Assembly (NCBI RefSeq): GCF_006345805.1
Contig: NC_043022.1
Coordinates: forward strand, 23,498,001 to 23,562,000
Origin: Octopus sinensis
Taxonomy: Eukaryota
Length of the DNA stretch: 64,000 nt
Reading direction: 5' to 3'
Part shown: piece after piece, positions 13,074-26,897 of the stretch
How positions within the stretch are numbered: position 1 is the first letter of the stretch
Layout: every line of letters begins with the position of its first letter
The notes under the pieces: generated by a model
What the model was told of the DNA's origin: nothing
Databases searched by the model: none
Seen by the model: the letters and a program-made list of their open reading frames with translations, nothing else
Program-made: the position numbers and the translations under genes

Positions 13074-13496
13074 GGATCTTTTCAGTTTGAACAGCTGTTT
13101 TTTTAAATAATTTCCACGTAACTAAACACCTTTAATCTTCGTATACTGGTAGAATGCATTTATAAAACATCTTTTTCTCTTGGCTTTATTGAGAAAATTC
13201 TATAGTTTGTAAGATATTTGTTGGTTTTTTTTCTTCAATTTCTGCAATTTCAACCAATCAATGACGTCTATTGAGGTAAAAAAAAACATTCTGTGCCATA
13301 TGAATATGTCCCTCATTTAAGAAACAGATTGAGTTTATTTACATTTGTGAAGAAAAAAAGATACCCTTCCCCCCACCCCTAACCCCTAACCCTAAAACAG
13401 ATTGAAATGTAATAGATTGATACTAGGGTCATAATTATGGGTGACAATTTCATATGACACCGCTAGAAAAAACTGCCATTCAAACTGAAAAGATCC
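13074..13496 (-). mobile_element. TTAGGG-containing MITE, copy 3 (inside a MetaSINE at ~12965-13625)
   Basis: Both TIRs; TSD tgagttgc/tgagtcgc; the SINE continues on both sides. Confidence 0.92.
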
Positions 13497-13627
13497 TGAG
13501 TCGCAAAGTTGACCTCGACGGAATTTGAACTCGACGGAATTTGAACTCGGGACGTAATGAGTCGGAAGAAATGCAGTTAGGAATTTTGTCTGGAGTACTA
13601 ACGATTCTGCCAGCTCACCGCCTGATG

Positions 13628-14585
13628 ATGATTTCATTTATTTGCCACTAGTGTGAAAGATGAGGGGGATAATACAAAGACAGACATAAAGTGTGAGGTT
13701 TTACATATAATGAAATGATAAAAAAATGTGAAAGAAAGAAAGTATACACGGTATACAATGAAAAAGAAGGGACATATGCATAGCATACAATGGTTTTTAA
13801 AAAAAGGTGGATCTTTTCAGTTTGAACGGCAGTTTTTTAACATAATTTCTAGGTAACTAAAAAATCTTAAACTTCGTATACTGGTAGAATGTGTTTATAA
13901 AACATCTTTTCTCTTGGTTTTATTGAGAAAATTCTATAGTTTGTAAGATATTTGTTGTTTTTTTCTTCAATTTCTGCAATTTCAACCAATCAATGACGTC
14001 TATTGAGGTGAAAACATTCTGTGCCGTATGAATATATCCCTCGTTTAAGAAACAGATTGGGTTTATTTACATTTGTGAAGATAAAAAGATACCCTTCCCC
14101 CACCCCTAACCCTAACCCTAAATCAGATTGAAATGCAATAGATCGATACTAGGGTCATAATTATGAGTGACAATTTCATATGACACTACTAGAAAAAACT
14201 GCCATTCAAACCGAAAAGATCCAGAAAGGTGCCGGGGAGGATGATAGAGATGAGGCCCTCCCGATACAGGAAGGCCTCTAGGGATAATTGAAGAATCCCA
14301 CTATTCGAGATTTCCCTGAAACCCCAGGGGCAAGTGCCCTCTCCAAATCCTTCTCTCCGACTCACGGGTCTACACTTAGAGAGATACCATCCACTCTTGC
14401 CATTTTCGTAACTTTCACCCACCTTTCAATAAACTCACTCAAGGACAGCACTTTCCTCTCCACTCCCAATTTCCTTTTCAAGTGAAACGTGAAGAAGTCA
14501 ATGAGAGTGCTACCAAAGAGGAATGTAACTGTCCTAATGCTTTTCAGCCTTGTCAACCAAACAATCTCTTTCGCCACAACCACAA
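13628..14585 (-). mobile_element. Tx1/L1-clade LINE 3' fragment, interrupted by MITE copy 4
   Basis: VAKEIVWLTR...FFTFHLKRKLGVERKVLS...RWV is homologous to the C-terminus of ORF 60206-60805; the 3' end has AATAAA. Confidence 0.75.
13809..14222 (-). mobile_element. TTAGGG-containing MITE, copy 4
   Basis: Both TIRs; TSD aaaaaggt/agaaaggt. Confidence 0.92.
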
Positions 14586-14964
14586 TAATAGTAATCCCTT
14601 CTACAATAGGCACAAGGCCTGAAATTTGTGGGGAAGGGGTAATATTTTTGTTGTTTTTGTAAAATCTCAGAAAATAATTAAAAATTCACATTTTTTGTCA
14701 AATTATTTTGTCATATCGACCCCAGTACTTGACTGGTACTTAATTTATCGACCTCAAAAGGATGAAACGCAAAGTTGACATCGGCGGAATTTGAACTCAG
14801 AATGTGACGAAGGACAGTAATAATGACAATAATAAGAATACTAATAATAATAATGATAATGATTTCATTTATTTGCCACCAGGGTGAAGGATGAGGGGCA
14901 CAATACAAAACAAAGTGTTGGGGTTTACATATAGTGAAATGATAAAATAATCAAATAAGTAACA

Positions 14965-15420
14965 AATAATACCCTCCATCAGGCATTTGCCATATTCTGA
15001 ATGCCTTACTTCCCTGGGCATGGACACATTGAAACTCCTACATCTGGCAGCTGACTTGGCAGACACCCATAAAATTATAACTCCACCTGTCTAACACCCG
15101 TGGACATGTTTACAAAGTCAGAAAACAGCACAGCTCCCATGACTTTCGGAAACATTTTTTCACGCTAAGAGTTGCTGAACAGACTGACTGCATCAGTTGT
15201 TAGTTGTTGGAGCACTGCATCCTTCAAAACTCCCATGCTTCCTGAGATTCGCCAACACTACACCAGATTTTCTCCCCTCCATACACATGCAAGCATGTAT
15301 CTGACTCATACACTGTTCGCTTTTCAGACATCTGTACATTATTGCATATACTTTATATGCACTTTTTGACAAGTTGTGGTGCATCTGAGCACTGTATACA
15401 ATAATTTCATTATTATTATT
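14965..15420 (+). mobile_element. CR1-like LINE 3' end
   Basis: Degenerate IRHLPYSE.L..LGMDTL, RGH, KHFF motifs; (ATT)n tail. Confidence 0.7.
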
Positions 15421-15799
15421 ACAAAAAATTGTAAGTATACACGGTAGAGAATGAAATGGATGGAAAATGTTCATAGTATACAAAGGTTAAAAAAATTGGG
15501 GAAGGTGTAGTCCTCCTGATACAGGGGTGACCTCTCGGGATAATCGAGGATACCCACTGTCCAACATCTCCCTCAACACTAAGGGCAAGTGCCCTCCCCA
15601 ATTCCCTCTCTCCGACTCACAAGTCTACACTTAGAGAGATACCATCCACTCTTGCCATTTTCTCAACTTTCACCCACCTTTCGCTAAACTGACTTGAGGA
15701 CAGTACTTCCTTCTTCACCTTCAATTTCCTTTTCAAGTGAAGCTTGAAGAAGTCAATGAGGCCTCTACCAAAGAGAAATATATTTGTCTTCATGCTTTT

Positions 15800-15800
<1 letters not shown>
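15421..15800 (-). mobile_element. Tx1/L1-clade LINE 3' fragment
   Basis: LIDFFKLHLKRKLKV...ERWVKVEKMARVDG, a paralog of 14223-14585. Confidence 0.75.
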
Positions 15801-15854
<54 letters not shown>

Positions 15855-15856
<2 letters not shown>

Positions 15857-16005
15857 GTGACGGGCTTCTTTCGGTTTCTGTTTACCAAATCCACTCACAA
15901 GGTTTTGGTCGGCCTGAGGCTATAGTAGAAGACACTTGCCAAAGGTGTCACGCAGTGGGACTGAACCTGGAACCATGTGGTTGGTAAGCAAGCTACTTAC
16001 CACAC
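15855..16005 (-). mobile_element. CORE-type SINE, 5' part
   Basis: Reverse complement of the 5969 family head. Confidence 0.8.
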
Positions 16006-16040
16006 AGATAGATAGATAGATATGTGTCTGTCAGTCTGTG

Positions 16041-16072
<32 letters not shown>

Positions 16073-16614
16073 CACACACACATACATACACATATAGACG
16101 GATGTTTGTGTGTCTAAATATATACAGGTATACGCATGTGTGTGTGTGTATGTATGTATGTATGTATGTATGTATGTATGTATATATGTAAGCACGTTTG
16201 TTTATACGTATAGTAAATGGAACAAAGTCTGCCATGGCGTATTTGAACTGAAAGAGTACACAGTAAGAAATGAAATACTTTTGTATATAGTTACCCCAGT
16301 ACATAGCCTGTAAACCCATACCGTCTCCTCATCAACTGTCCTTATTATTGTGTCATATATACTAACCTCAACTATCTTCTCTGTCTGTTTGTCCATCTAT
16401 CTGTCTAGATGTCTCTCTTTAATTTCTACTTCCCCTCTTCCTCTTAATACTCATTGAAGCAGCCGGCAATGAACTGAGTCCTTCTGTTCCACCTGTGTTT
16501 ATATTGTTTTTGATTGTTTTAAGTACATCAGATATCGAAATAGATGTGTATCTATGTTTGCTCCCGGTGACCTATATAATACACACACGTACACATAAAC
16601 ACAATTATAGGTTT

Positions 16615-17027
16615 GGATCTTTTCGGTTTGAACGGCAGTTTTTAACATAATTTCTAGGTAACTAAAAAATTTTTAACTTCGTATACTGGTAGAATGTGTT
16701 TATAAAACATCTTTTTCTTTTGGCTTTATTGAGAAAAGTCTATAGTTTGTAAGATATTTGTTTTTTTTCTTCAATTTCTACAATTTCAACCAATCAATGA
16801 CATCTATTGAGGTAAAAAACATTCTGTGCCGTATGAATATGTCCCTTGTTTAAGAAACAGATTGGGTTTATTCACATTTGTGAAGAAAAAAAGATACCCT
16901 TCCTCCACCCCTAACCCTAATCCTAAAAGAGATTGAAATGTAATAGATCGATTCTAGGGTCATGATTAAGGGTGACAATTTCACATGACACCGCTAGAAA
17001 AAACTACTGTTCAAACTGAAAAGATTC
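16615..17027 (-). mobile_element. TTAGGG-containing MITE, copy 5
   Basis: Both TIRs; no matching TSD on the right flank. Confidence 0.9.
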
Positions 17028-17129
17028 TTTTATTCTTTTACTTGTTTCAGTCATGTGACTGCAGCCATGTAAGAGAAAATTTTGACCGGTCATCGACTTG
17101 GTAGCAAGATTGTGAAGGAAAGCATCTTG

Positions 17130-18430
17130 ATATAACCGCCAGCTTTAAATCTTAAGGTCTTGCTGATTTTTATGGTCTCAGATATCATGATCACTTGTAG
17201 CATATCAATTAAGGATTTGCATCTTTCCCCGGGATTCCAAATTCAGAGATACTTTGCACCAGACAGGTTGGTATGTATCCTGTTGTTCCAGTAATGATGA
17301 CCATGAAGCTAAAAGTGTATCTGGGGTACTGAATTTGCAAACTTCTTATCAACGGTCCATAGATGTTCTTTTTCTCTTGTATTTTTTTCTAACCACATTA
17401 CTGTCCAAATGGCGGTTGATTTCCACAACAGAACATATCTTTTCTTTGTAGTCCTACTCAATAATAATTATTTCTTTATTGCCCACAAGGGGCTAAACAT
17501 AGAGGGAACAAACAAGGACAGACAAAGGGATTAAGTCGATTATATCGACCTCAGTGCGTAACTGGTGGTTTATTTATCGACCCCAAAAAGATAAAAAGGC
17601 AAAGTCAACCTCGGCAGAATTTGAATTCAGAACGTAACGGCAAATGAAATACCGCTAAGCATTTCGCCCGGCGTGCTAACGTTTCTGCCAGCTCGTTTCC
17701 GCCTACTCAATAACAATGGTCGGTTGTGTTTTAACTTGGTGGCTGTTATAATTTTCAAGTTCCACCAGTATTCTTTTGACCCTCGGTCTCAATATTGTCA
17801 ACTTCATTTGTAAGTATTTTCCTTTTGTTATCCTGTTCCAGACCTTTCTAGCCGTCGTTCAAGCCTCATGGGTAGATAATATCCGGAAGACATTCTCTCA
17901 CAGTTAATGTCTTCAGTCTTGGTCTTGTACAGGCAACATTTTTTGACTGTCAACGTTTTCTGTATTTTACGTTGTAGTTACTTAGGATCTCTGTTCATGG
18001 ATTGCATGGATGTAGCCTTCAAAGAAGGATGTCATAAACTGGTCAGTACCCCATGCCAAACTGTTGACATGATCATTTCCTTCTGTGGTTTGTGTTTTAT
18101 GTGCTAAATACCCATGTACTATCTTTTCAGTGAAGTGGTTCGTTGTTCTTTCTGTTCTGATAAATAGATTTTACCAATGTTCCTAAAGGGAGAGATCTGC
18201 ATCAGTTCTTATTTCATACCTCTCCGCCAGTTCCTTAGCTATCCTAATTATATTGCTGGTTTCGTGGTCACAGACATGGGCAAGATAGTTACTGCTGCAG
18301 ATGTTTCAGTGTTATAACCTGTGCTTCATATGATATCAATACAGATTTGAGATCACGGCTACCTCCCTTGGGTGGGAAGTATAACCTGTCTACATATCCA
18401 TTGATGTTGAAGTTTCCTGTAACACTAGCT
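17130..18430 (-). mobile_element. R4/Dong-like LINE remnant containing a MetaSINE (~17470-17705)
   Basis: Minus strand is homologous to 7373-7945 (KTKTEDI..CERMSS.YYL, KHNRP, SVVEI). Confidence 0.65.
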
Positions 18431-18713
18431 GCTTGTGAGTTGTAGTTACCAGTTCAGAAGGTCACACGTAGGCGTGAGGATAGGCACCGCAAAGGTGTTG
18501 TGGGCAATGTGTGTGTATGAACACACACATACACACCACACCACCCTGTCGCACACATTGATACACACCTCTCAGCAGCCTTTAAAACAAATACAGTTAA
18601 CTCTTTAACTAATTTTAGCTCGAGAGCTGTGGCCATGCTAGGGCACCGACATTATAGTTGCTTTTGGTATATCTTATTTTTTTTTAATATTATATTCTAT
18701 AAAAGAAAAGGTA

Positions 18714-18930
18714 GAGGCGTGTGGCTTAATGATTAGGGTGTTGGACTTATGATCGTAAGATTGTGGTTTCGATTCCTGGACTGGGCAACTCGTGTTCTTA
18801 AGCAAAATACTTCATTTCACGTTGCGCTAATCCACTCTGCTGGCAGAAATGAGTAACCTTGCGATGGATTGGCCTCCCGTCCAGTGGGTTAATATATATG
18901 TCACGGAAACTGGGAAACCAATCCTGAGTG
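18714..18930 (+). mobile_element. tRNA-derived SINE
   Basis: TGGCTTAATGATTAGGGTGTTGGACT...GTTTCGATTCC head; homologs at 23699, 25159, 32177 and 56371. Confidence 0.75.
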
Positions 18931-19288
18931 TCTGTAACGGGAATGTTCTAGTGAATCACGACATTGGGTGATTCACCAATTGGACGGAAAAAAATCACTT
19001 GAGTCTGTTGAGATTTTTGATAAACAAAATTTTATTCTTTGCCTGCACACACATGAAAAAAAAAATGTTGTTACTACGAAGGACAAAACAACAAGAGGTT
19101 TTGTTCTTGGTGTAATGGAAGCAGCAGATAAAGTGTTGTTAGTTGCTTGCCGTGCTACCACCCTCTATTCATTGACTTTCTGTTGTCAGCTGCTATCCGT
19201 CATCTCTGCTGACCAACTCCTACAGTGTCTGTCAATGCTATCTCTGCTGCATCCTAAAGCCCTCTATCTAGTAGTCAACGGTATGACG

Positions 19289-19699
19289 GGATCTTTTCGG
19301 TCTGAACGGCAGTTTTTAAAAATAATTTCCACGTAACTAAAAAATTTTAAACTTCGTATACTGGTAGAATGTGCTTATAAAACATCTTTTTCTCTTGGCT
19401 TTATTTGTTGTTTTTTTTCTTCAATTTCTGCAATTTCAACCAATCAATGTCGTCTATTGAGGTGACAACATTCTGTGCTGTATGAATATGTCCCTTGTTT
19501 AAGAAACAGATTGGGTTTATTTACATTTGTGAAGAAAAAAAGATACCCTTCCCCCCACCCCTAACCCTAACCCTAACCCTAACTAACCCTAACCCTAAAA
19601 CAGATTGAAATGCAATAGATTGATACTAAGGTTATAATTATGTGTGACAATTTCATATGACACCGCTAGAAAAAAATGCTGTTCAAACCGAAAAGATCC
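19289..19699 (-). mobile_element. TTAGGG-containing MITE, copy 6
   Basis: Both TIRs; TSD gtatgacg/gtatgaca; expanded (CCCTAA)n at ~19558-19598. Confidence 0.92.
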
Positions 19700-20184
19700 G
19701 TATGACAAAATTATACTGATTGATAAGCTCCGAAGGAAACGCGCCAAAGAAAAAAATACACGCAGGAGCCTATTCAGCGCAAAGGGGTGATTGGTCAGAT
19801 TTTGTTGATCACGTGGGCAATTTTGTAGTGAATCACGACATCGGGCAATTGCTGAATATTCTCGCTGCAAGTCTATATAATTTAAGAATCATCTTCATTT
19901 ATCCTATAAACGAAAAATATTAGTTACTTTTATATTTCTTAAGCAAGATTCCTTCTTTCTCTGCAGAATGCTGCGTGGAAACGCCGATTTCACCCACTGA
20001 CATTTCAGTGCCTTCACTATTTCTATGATAAAGCACTGATGCAGCGTGTGTATAAATAATTTGTGAATTAATTGAGCCAGCCTCGTTAGGTAAATTGGTT
20101 CATTGGTTCAAGAATGGAGACTAAACTTATGTTTGTCAAATCTACACGTGAATATATTCCCAATTTATACATACGCTTGAAGTT

Positions 20185-20215
<31 letters not shown>

Positions 20216-20301
20216 ACTGTCTGTCTGTATATAATTGTTTATATTTTATTTTTGATTTGCCTATATATATATGCGTGTGTGCATGTTTATGAGTACAATG
20301 C

Positions 20302-20335
<34 letters not shown>

Positions 20336-20422
20336 AGAGTTTACGAAAAAAACAAAAGACAAAGACAGGTGGTGTACAAAACAAACAGATGTATTAGTAT
20401 AACGCTCAGGAATAGAAAAAGT

Positions 20423-20458
20423 CTTTTACGTTTCGAGCCTACGCTCTTCTACAGAAAG
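20423..20458 (-). ncRNA. Minimal hammerhead motif (A6U core variant) in (TA)n-flanked element 20333-20516
   Basis: CUUU-CUGUAGA-A-GAGC-GUAG-GCUC-GAAA-CG-UA-AAAG. Confidence 0.65.
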
Positions 20459-20620
20459 GGACACAGAAAAAACAAGGAGAGAAAAAAATGTGTGTAGTGG
20501 CTAACGATCTGTCATGATATATATACATACATATATGTACATACATATATATATACACACACACACACACAAATGTATTTATATATATATATGCCTTTTT
20601 CGTTTGTCCACTCACTGGCG

Positions 20621-20652
<32 letters not shown>

Positions 20653-20789
20653 CACTAATATGTATATATGTTTGCTTATATCTATCTATATATGTGTGTG
20701 TGTGTGCGTGTGTGTGTATGTGTGTGTGTGTATGTACATATATAATATATATATATATGTATGTATTATAATATATATATGCATATATA

Positions 20790-20847
<58 letters not shown>

Positions 20848-20857
20848 CATATATGTA

Positions 20858-20911
<54 letters not shown>

Positions 20912-21224
20912 TAGATAGATAGATAGATAAGATGACCTGAATGATAAGTTCGTTTTAGCGGTAGTTGACAGTCATTGATACATTTTTGTTACGATATTTA
21001 TACACACATACATAAAACGCATAAACATGTACACACTCACATATACAGGCTGACCCCACAACAGCATGTCAGAGACTGATTAAATGAGAAAAATCTAGTG
21101 TATAACCACTTCAGCCACTCCTGGTTGGTAGGATTCCATCCTTGACACTCAAGCCCCAAAATGATTAATTGGTGTTTCTCGGTTTACACACACATGTATG
21201 CATGATAGTTATGTAAGTGTATAT

Positions 21225-21288
<64 letters not shown>

Positions 21289-21370
21289 TACATACATACA
21301 CACACAAATATGAAGATATATAATACACATTATATATATATATATAATATATAATGTGTGTGTGTGTGTG

Positions 21371-21405
<35 letters not shown>

Positions 21406-21493
21406 AGAAGGTTGAAAAGGAACATACGAGTTATGTATAAGGAAAATAAGGCAAGATAGAAAATGCTAAAATATGTTTATCATGAAGAACATT

Positions 21494-21531
21494 TTAGTAC
21501 CGGTTTCTGTCTTTGTGGCTTTTTCAACTTA
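21494..21531 (-). ncRNA. Degenerate hammerhead motif (U3-A8 variant)
   Basis: UAAG-UUGAAAA-AGCCACAAAGACA-GAAA-CCGG-UA-CUAA; palindromic stem III, decayed stem II. Confidence 0.35.
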
Positions 21532-21728
21532 GAGTATTAAATTGTGGAAAAATTAAATGAAATGTTTTTAAAAATATTTCCATATTTTTCAAATACAAGG
21601 GACAGTTTCCTTTTTTCTATATGTCTTTCTCTCTTTTTTACTCTTGTGAAGGCTTGGAAGTAGTAGTAGTCCTAAAAGAATATTTGATATGAGTTATTGG
21701 TTTTGATTGTTTAAGCAGCAGTAGTCGA

Positions 21729-21860
21729 GGAAGAAGAAGAAGAAGAAGAAGAAGAAGAAGAAGAAGAAGAAGAAGAAGAAGAAGAGAAGGAGGAGGAGGA
21801 GGAGGAGGAGGAGAAGAAGAAGAAGAAGAAGAAGAAGAAGAAGAAGAAGAAGAAGAAAAG
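21729..21860. repeat. (GAA)n/(GGA)n microsatellite
   Basis: Directly visible trinucleotide array. Confidence 0.97.
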
Positions 21861-22033
21861 AAGAGTGGATGTGTGGTAAGTAGCTTGCTTACCAACCACA
21901 TGACTCCAGGTTCAGTCCCACTGCCTGGTACCTTGGTCAAGTGTCTTCTACTACAGCCTCGGGTTGACCAAAGCCTTCTGAGTGGATTTGGTAGACGGAA
22001 ACTGAAAAAACCTGTTGTGTATATATATATATA

Positions 22034-22262
22034 TGGTGAGCTGGCAGAAACGTTAGCATGCCAGGCGAAATGCGCAGCTGTATCTCGTCTGTCGTTACGT
22101 TCCGAGTTCAAATTCCGCCAAGGTTGACTTTGCCTTTCATCCTTTCGGGGTCGATAAATAAAGTACCAGTTACGCACTGGGGTCGATGTAATCGACTTAA
22201 TCCCTTTGTCTGTCCTTGTTTGTCCCCTCTATGTTTAGCCCCTTGTGAGTAGCAAAGAAATA
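22034..22262 (+). mobile_element. MetaSINE-like tRNA SINE (preceded by a CORE-type SINE head at 21867-22020)
   Basis: Same family as 11409. Confidence 0.85.
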
Positions 22263-22376
22263 TATATATATATATATAACAGGAAGGTTTACGAAAATAA
22301 AAAAAAGATGAAGGCAGGTGGAGTACAAACAAACAAATGTATTAGTATGGCGCTCAGGAATAGAAATAGAACAAGT

Positions 22377-22412
22377 CTTTTACGTTTCGAGCCTACGCTC
22401 TTCGACAGAAAG
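22377..22412 (-). ncRNA. Minimal hammerhead motif (A6U core variant), second copy
   Basis: CUUU-CUGUCGA-A-GAGC-GUAG-GCUC-GAAA-CG-UA-AAAG; the element is homologous to 20333-20516. Confidence 0.65.
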
Positions 22413-23698
22413 ATACACAGAAAAGAAACAAGGAGAGAAACAAGGAGAGAAAAAATGCATGTAGGAGCTAACGGTCGATCATGGCATTCTGACTTTAGGC
22501 AGAGGTCAGAGGTCAGACGTTAGATGCTAGAGGGATAGTAGGGGAGATAACAGGGTCAAGTGACTTCCAAAACAAAGGTGGCCCCAACACGAAGGTGCGT
22601 GTGTGTATAAGAGAGTATGTATGTGCGTGTGAAAGAGGGCTGGTGGTCTGAACGTGTGTATGTATGTATGTGTGGGTGTGGAGATATGGGGATGGGTGTG
22701 TGGGTGGTGTGTTGTGATATGATATGTGTAGTGTTATTCTATCGATGTCTTTCTTGCCGAACCGTTAAATTGCGGGGACGTAAACTAGCCAACACTGGTT
22801 GTCCAGCGGTGGTGTGAAGCCAACACACACACACACACATAGACTCATATACAGCCCCCCACCACACACACATGCATGCACACGCAGGTTTCTTTCTGTT
22901 TCTGTCTATCAAAGCCATTCACAAGGGCCCAAAATTTTGGTCGACCCGAGACAATAATAAAAGACAATTGTCATAGATGCCATGCAATGGGATTGAAACT
23001 GGAACCGTGTGGCTGGGAAGCAAAATTCTCACCAAACAGCCACGCCTACAAATAACTTTCCCTATTTTCCTCTACTTTTTCGTTTTTCATTTTTTTTTCT
23101 TTGGCAGTGATATTATCGTTCTTATTTTAGGCGTGATTGAACATCTTAAATGATTGTAAATATAAGTGAAAATCAGATAAAACTAATTTACAACAAATGC
23201 GTTCATTCTGTTGGTTATAAAGTGAAATCAGAGCTATGTGCCTTATGAGTGACGTTTATGGCATTCAAAGATTGTGACATGTGGCAGTTAGGAAGCAGTA
23301 CGAAGTCAATGCTTTCTTTCTTTCACTCAGTTTACGGATCTTAAATCACGCAATTTTAACTGTTTAGATTCATATTACTTTTTTAAACGTAATGCTTGTT
23401 TATCTACATTGTTTTGCTTTAATCATGTGTTATCTCATAGCTTCGAAATTTTGATGATGTAATTATATAGTTTTAGAATAACATTGTAGGAAAGGTGTGA
23501 GAGTTTGGATGCGGCCAGTTTGAACATAAAACAGGTAGATTAAGGCCGGATATGGTTGGTTTAAATGCTGAAGGGTCAAAGCAGCACTAACCAAATTATG
23601 TATTACTTGAAGGATTGTAACGAGCACTTTTAACCACTAATTAAAACGAATAAATCCCGGTTGCTTTGATTAGCGCTGTTTTATATATGAGCGATATG

Positions 23699-23995
23699 TG
23701 AGCACATGGCCTAGTGGTTAGGGTGCTGCACTCACAATAGCGACATCGTGGTTTCAGTTCTTGGACTGGGTGGTGCGTTGTGGTGCATTGTGTTGTTGAG
23801 CAAAACTCTCCATCTCATGTTGCTCTGCGATCACGTTAACACCTGAAGTGTGGGTATACTATACACCTGTTCAGGCAAAGTCGATTTGATGGAAGAAGTG
23901 AACTAATGTACAAGACACACCTTTGATCGCTATAAATAAATCATTTGTGCAGGTTGTTCTGCAAGAAATTGCAGAATCAGACTACGGGAGACTAC
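23699..23995 (+). mobile_element. tRNA-derived SINE
   Basis: TGGCCTAGTGGTTAGGGTGCTGCACTCAC head; body shared with 25159 and 56371. Confidence 0.75.
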
Positions 23996-25040
23996 TAAAA
24001 AAAAAAAAACCGACAGTAACGTCGGTTATTCCATTATAACAATCCAGTTGTTGCTGTGTATTAGTCAAAGTACATATTAAAATTGAGAATTATGGAAATA
24101 TTATTTGCAGAGTTTATTGCATAACAAAACAAGAAATTGGAAATTCCAGGTTACGGCTAGCTGTAACATGGAACATAATTGAGAGCTACCACGGTATCCG
24201 CCCGGATAATATATCTCTCTAAACACACACACACACACCGGTAAAGTAGTGATATTGCAAAGACAGGATCTCCGAATATGTAGGAAGGAGTGCTTCAGCA
24301 GAAACATTGGTTTTTCTCAAACAGAAAATCCGGAAGGTTGCCTTCAATCGTGTAGCAGAAATAGCGAATGAAGAATGTAGTTATTGATATTATCTTACGT
24401 CTACAGTTTACAATTGTTTCAATAGTGTGTGGATGACAAAACATATAACAGTCTGGGTAGATATATAGATACCCTCTTTGTAATGTTGGCAAATGAAATA
24501 AGTATAAAAATGTACATTGTATATTTAATTAAAAAAATTCTATATGTGGCTGAAGATTGCTCTACATTTTAAAACTGATGTAATACTTACATTGTTTAAT
24601 AAAATGAAGTAGCATGAAACGATTGTACTATACTACCTTGGATATCCTTGTTGCTTATTTTGATTATATATGTACATATATATACATACACACACGTATT
24701 TATGTATATATAAATGTGTGTATATATGTACGAAGGGAACAAATTAAGTACAGTATAACAGGCTTAAAAACACGCTTTCATTGTATCTGGCCCTTTAATA
24801 CCCCTTTCACACCATATATCTATATTGTTTTCTTTTCTTTTTGCTTTCTCAGAACCAAACCCCACAAATTCGTCTCAGTTTTCTATTTGTTAGTTGGGTG
24901 TTGTCAGGAAAATTGTAATGGGTACTGAATCTGTATATCCGTCTGTATGTGTGTATATATGTGTACACACATGTATGTATGTTTGCATATAAGTATGCAT
25001 CTGTTTATGTATGCATATGTGCGTAAAGGTATAGGAGTAT

Positions 25041-25077
<37 letters not shown>

Positions 25078-25158
25078 TGTATGAATATATATATATGTGT
25101 GTATGTATACGTTTGTATGTGTACGTTAGTGTTTATTTATGCATCAGTGTGTACATGT

Positions 25159-25455
25159 GAGGGCGCATGGCCTAATGGTTAGAGTGTTGCACTCACACTC
25201 GCAAGATTGTATTTCAATGCCAGAACCAGGTGAGGCGATGTGTTCTTGAGCAAAACACTTCATTTCCTGCTGCTCTGCAATCACACTGACACCTGTCCTA
25301 TGAGTACAACGCCCACCTGTTCAGGAAACGTCGATTTCATGGAGTGAGTGAGGTAATGTACGGCACATATTTTTCATTGCTCTAAACGAATCATTTGTGC
25401 AAGGGTTTCTGCTAGAGTTTGCGGAACAGTCTTTCTAGGACTACGAGAGACTATT
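25159..25455 (+). mobile_element. tRNA-derived SINE
   Basis: Homolog of 23699. Confidence 0.75.
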
Positions 25456-25635
25456 TTCATCATGTGTGTATGTGTGTATGTACGTGTCTGTATGCATGCG
25501 TGAGCGTATACTTTTCTATCTATCTATCTATCAATCTATCTATCTATATATCTATATATCTATATATCTATCTATCTATCTGTCTGTCTGTCCTTCCGTC
25601 CGTCCGTCCATCCATCCATCCGTCTATCTATCTAG

Positions 25636-25667
<32 letters not shown>

Positions 25668-25699
25668 GTATATAAGCTTGAATTTATGTGTGTGCCCAC

Positions 25700-25848
25700 G
25701 GGCATATGGCGCAGTGGTTAAGAGCGTGGGCTACTAACCCCAAGATTCCGAGTTCGATTCCAGGCAGTGACCTGAATAATAATAATAATAATAATAACAA
25801 CAACAACAACATCGAAAAATACCTTAGGAATGAGAACCCAGGTTCGAA
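25700..25848 (+). mobile_element. tRNA-derived SINE head / tRNA pseudogene
   Basis: TGGCGCAGTGG A box, GGG-CTACTAA-CCC anticodon-like arm, GTTCGATTCC B box; poor acceptor stem; followed by (AAT/AAC)n. Confidence 0.6.
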
Positions 25849-25849
25849 A

Positions 25850-26186
25850 TTTCAATCTGTTTTAGGGTTAGGGTTAAGAGTAGGGTTGGGGAGAAGGGTA
25901 TCTTTTTTTCTTCAGAAATGTAAATAAATCCAATCTGTTTCTTAAACAAGGGACATATTCATACAGCACAGAATGTTTTCACCTCAATAGACGTCATTGA
26001 TAGGTTAAAATTTCAGAAATTGAAGAAGAAAAAAACAACAAATATCTTACAAACCATAGAATTTTCTCAATAAAGCCAAGAGAAAAAGATGTTTTATAAA
26101 CACATTCTACCAGTATACAAAGTTTAAAAGTGTTTAGTTACGTGGAAATTATTTTTTAAAAACTGCCGATCAAACCGAAAAGATCC
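25850..26186 (+). mobile_element. TTAGGG-containing MITE, copy 7 (5'-truncated)
   Basis: Internal sequence and right TIR present; left ~90 bp missing. Confidence 0.88.
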
Positions 26187-26534
26187 CTTTTACAGAATTG
26201 AATTTGCGTATGTTTGAATATATGGATATCAAACAAAAATACATTCTTAAAAGAAAGAAAATAAAAAGGTTTACAAAGTGTTCTCAGACCGAAATTTCGT
26301 TGTGTTTTTTGTTTGTTTATTTTTTTGTTTTTGAAAATATTTACTATAAGTTAGATAAAGACTATTTCAGCTAGTAACCTATGAAATTGTAAGAGACGGG
26401 TGGACTATTTTTGAAGAGTAAGAAGAAGGAGCAGGTGGATAGCAAAACGAAGTGGTAGAGGGATGGTAACTTTACAACAGACGTAATTCGGAGAGATGCG
26501 TTTCTGTTCAAAACACACACACACACACAACCCC

Positions 26535-26863
26535 ACGCGTGCATAACATGTCTTCACTATATCTCTCTTTTCCCTCACTTTCTCTCCTATCTCATTGTCT
26601 CTCTCTTGTTCTCTCCCTCGTCTTTTCTTCTCACTTCCTCACATACTCTCTCCTCTCTCTCTCTCACATGCACACGTACACAACGACGCACGTGCTGAAG
26701 ACAAAATAATAGCAGACGATAACACACACACACACGCGCGCGTGCATAACATGTCTTCACTATATCTCTCTTTTCCCTCACTTTCTCTCCTACCTCACTG
26801 TCTCTCTCTCTCTCTCTCTCTCTTGTTATCCTTCTCTTCTTCTCACTCCCTCACATACTCCCC

Positions 26864-26897
<34 letters not shown>

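Noticed and set aside
19558-19598. Telomere or chromosome-fusion scar
   Set aside because: The CCCTAA array is internal to a MITE with TIRs and TSD.
25700-25772. Functional tRNA gene
   Set aside because: A and B boxes are present but the acceptor stem does not pair, and it runs into a repeat body; it is a SINE head.
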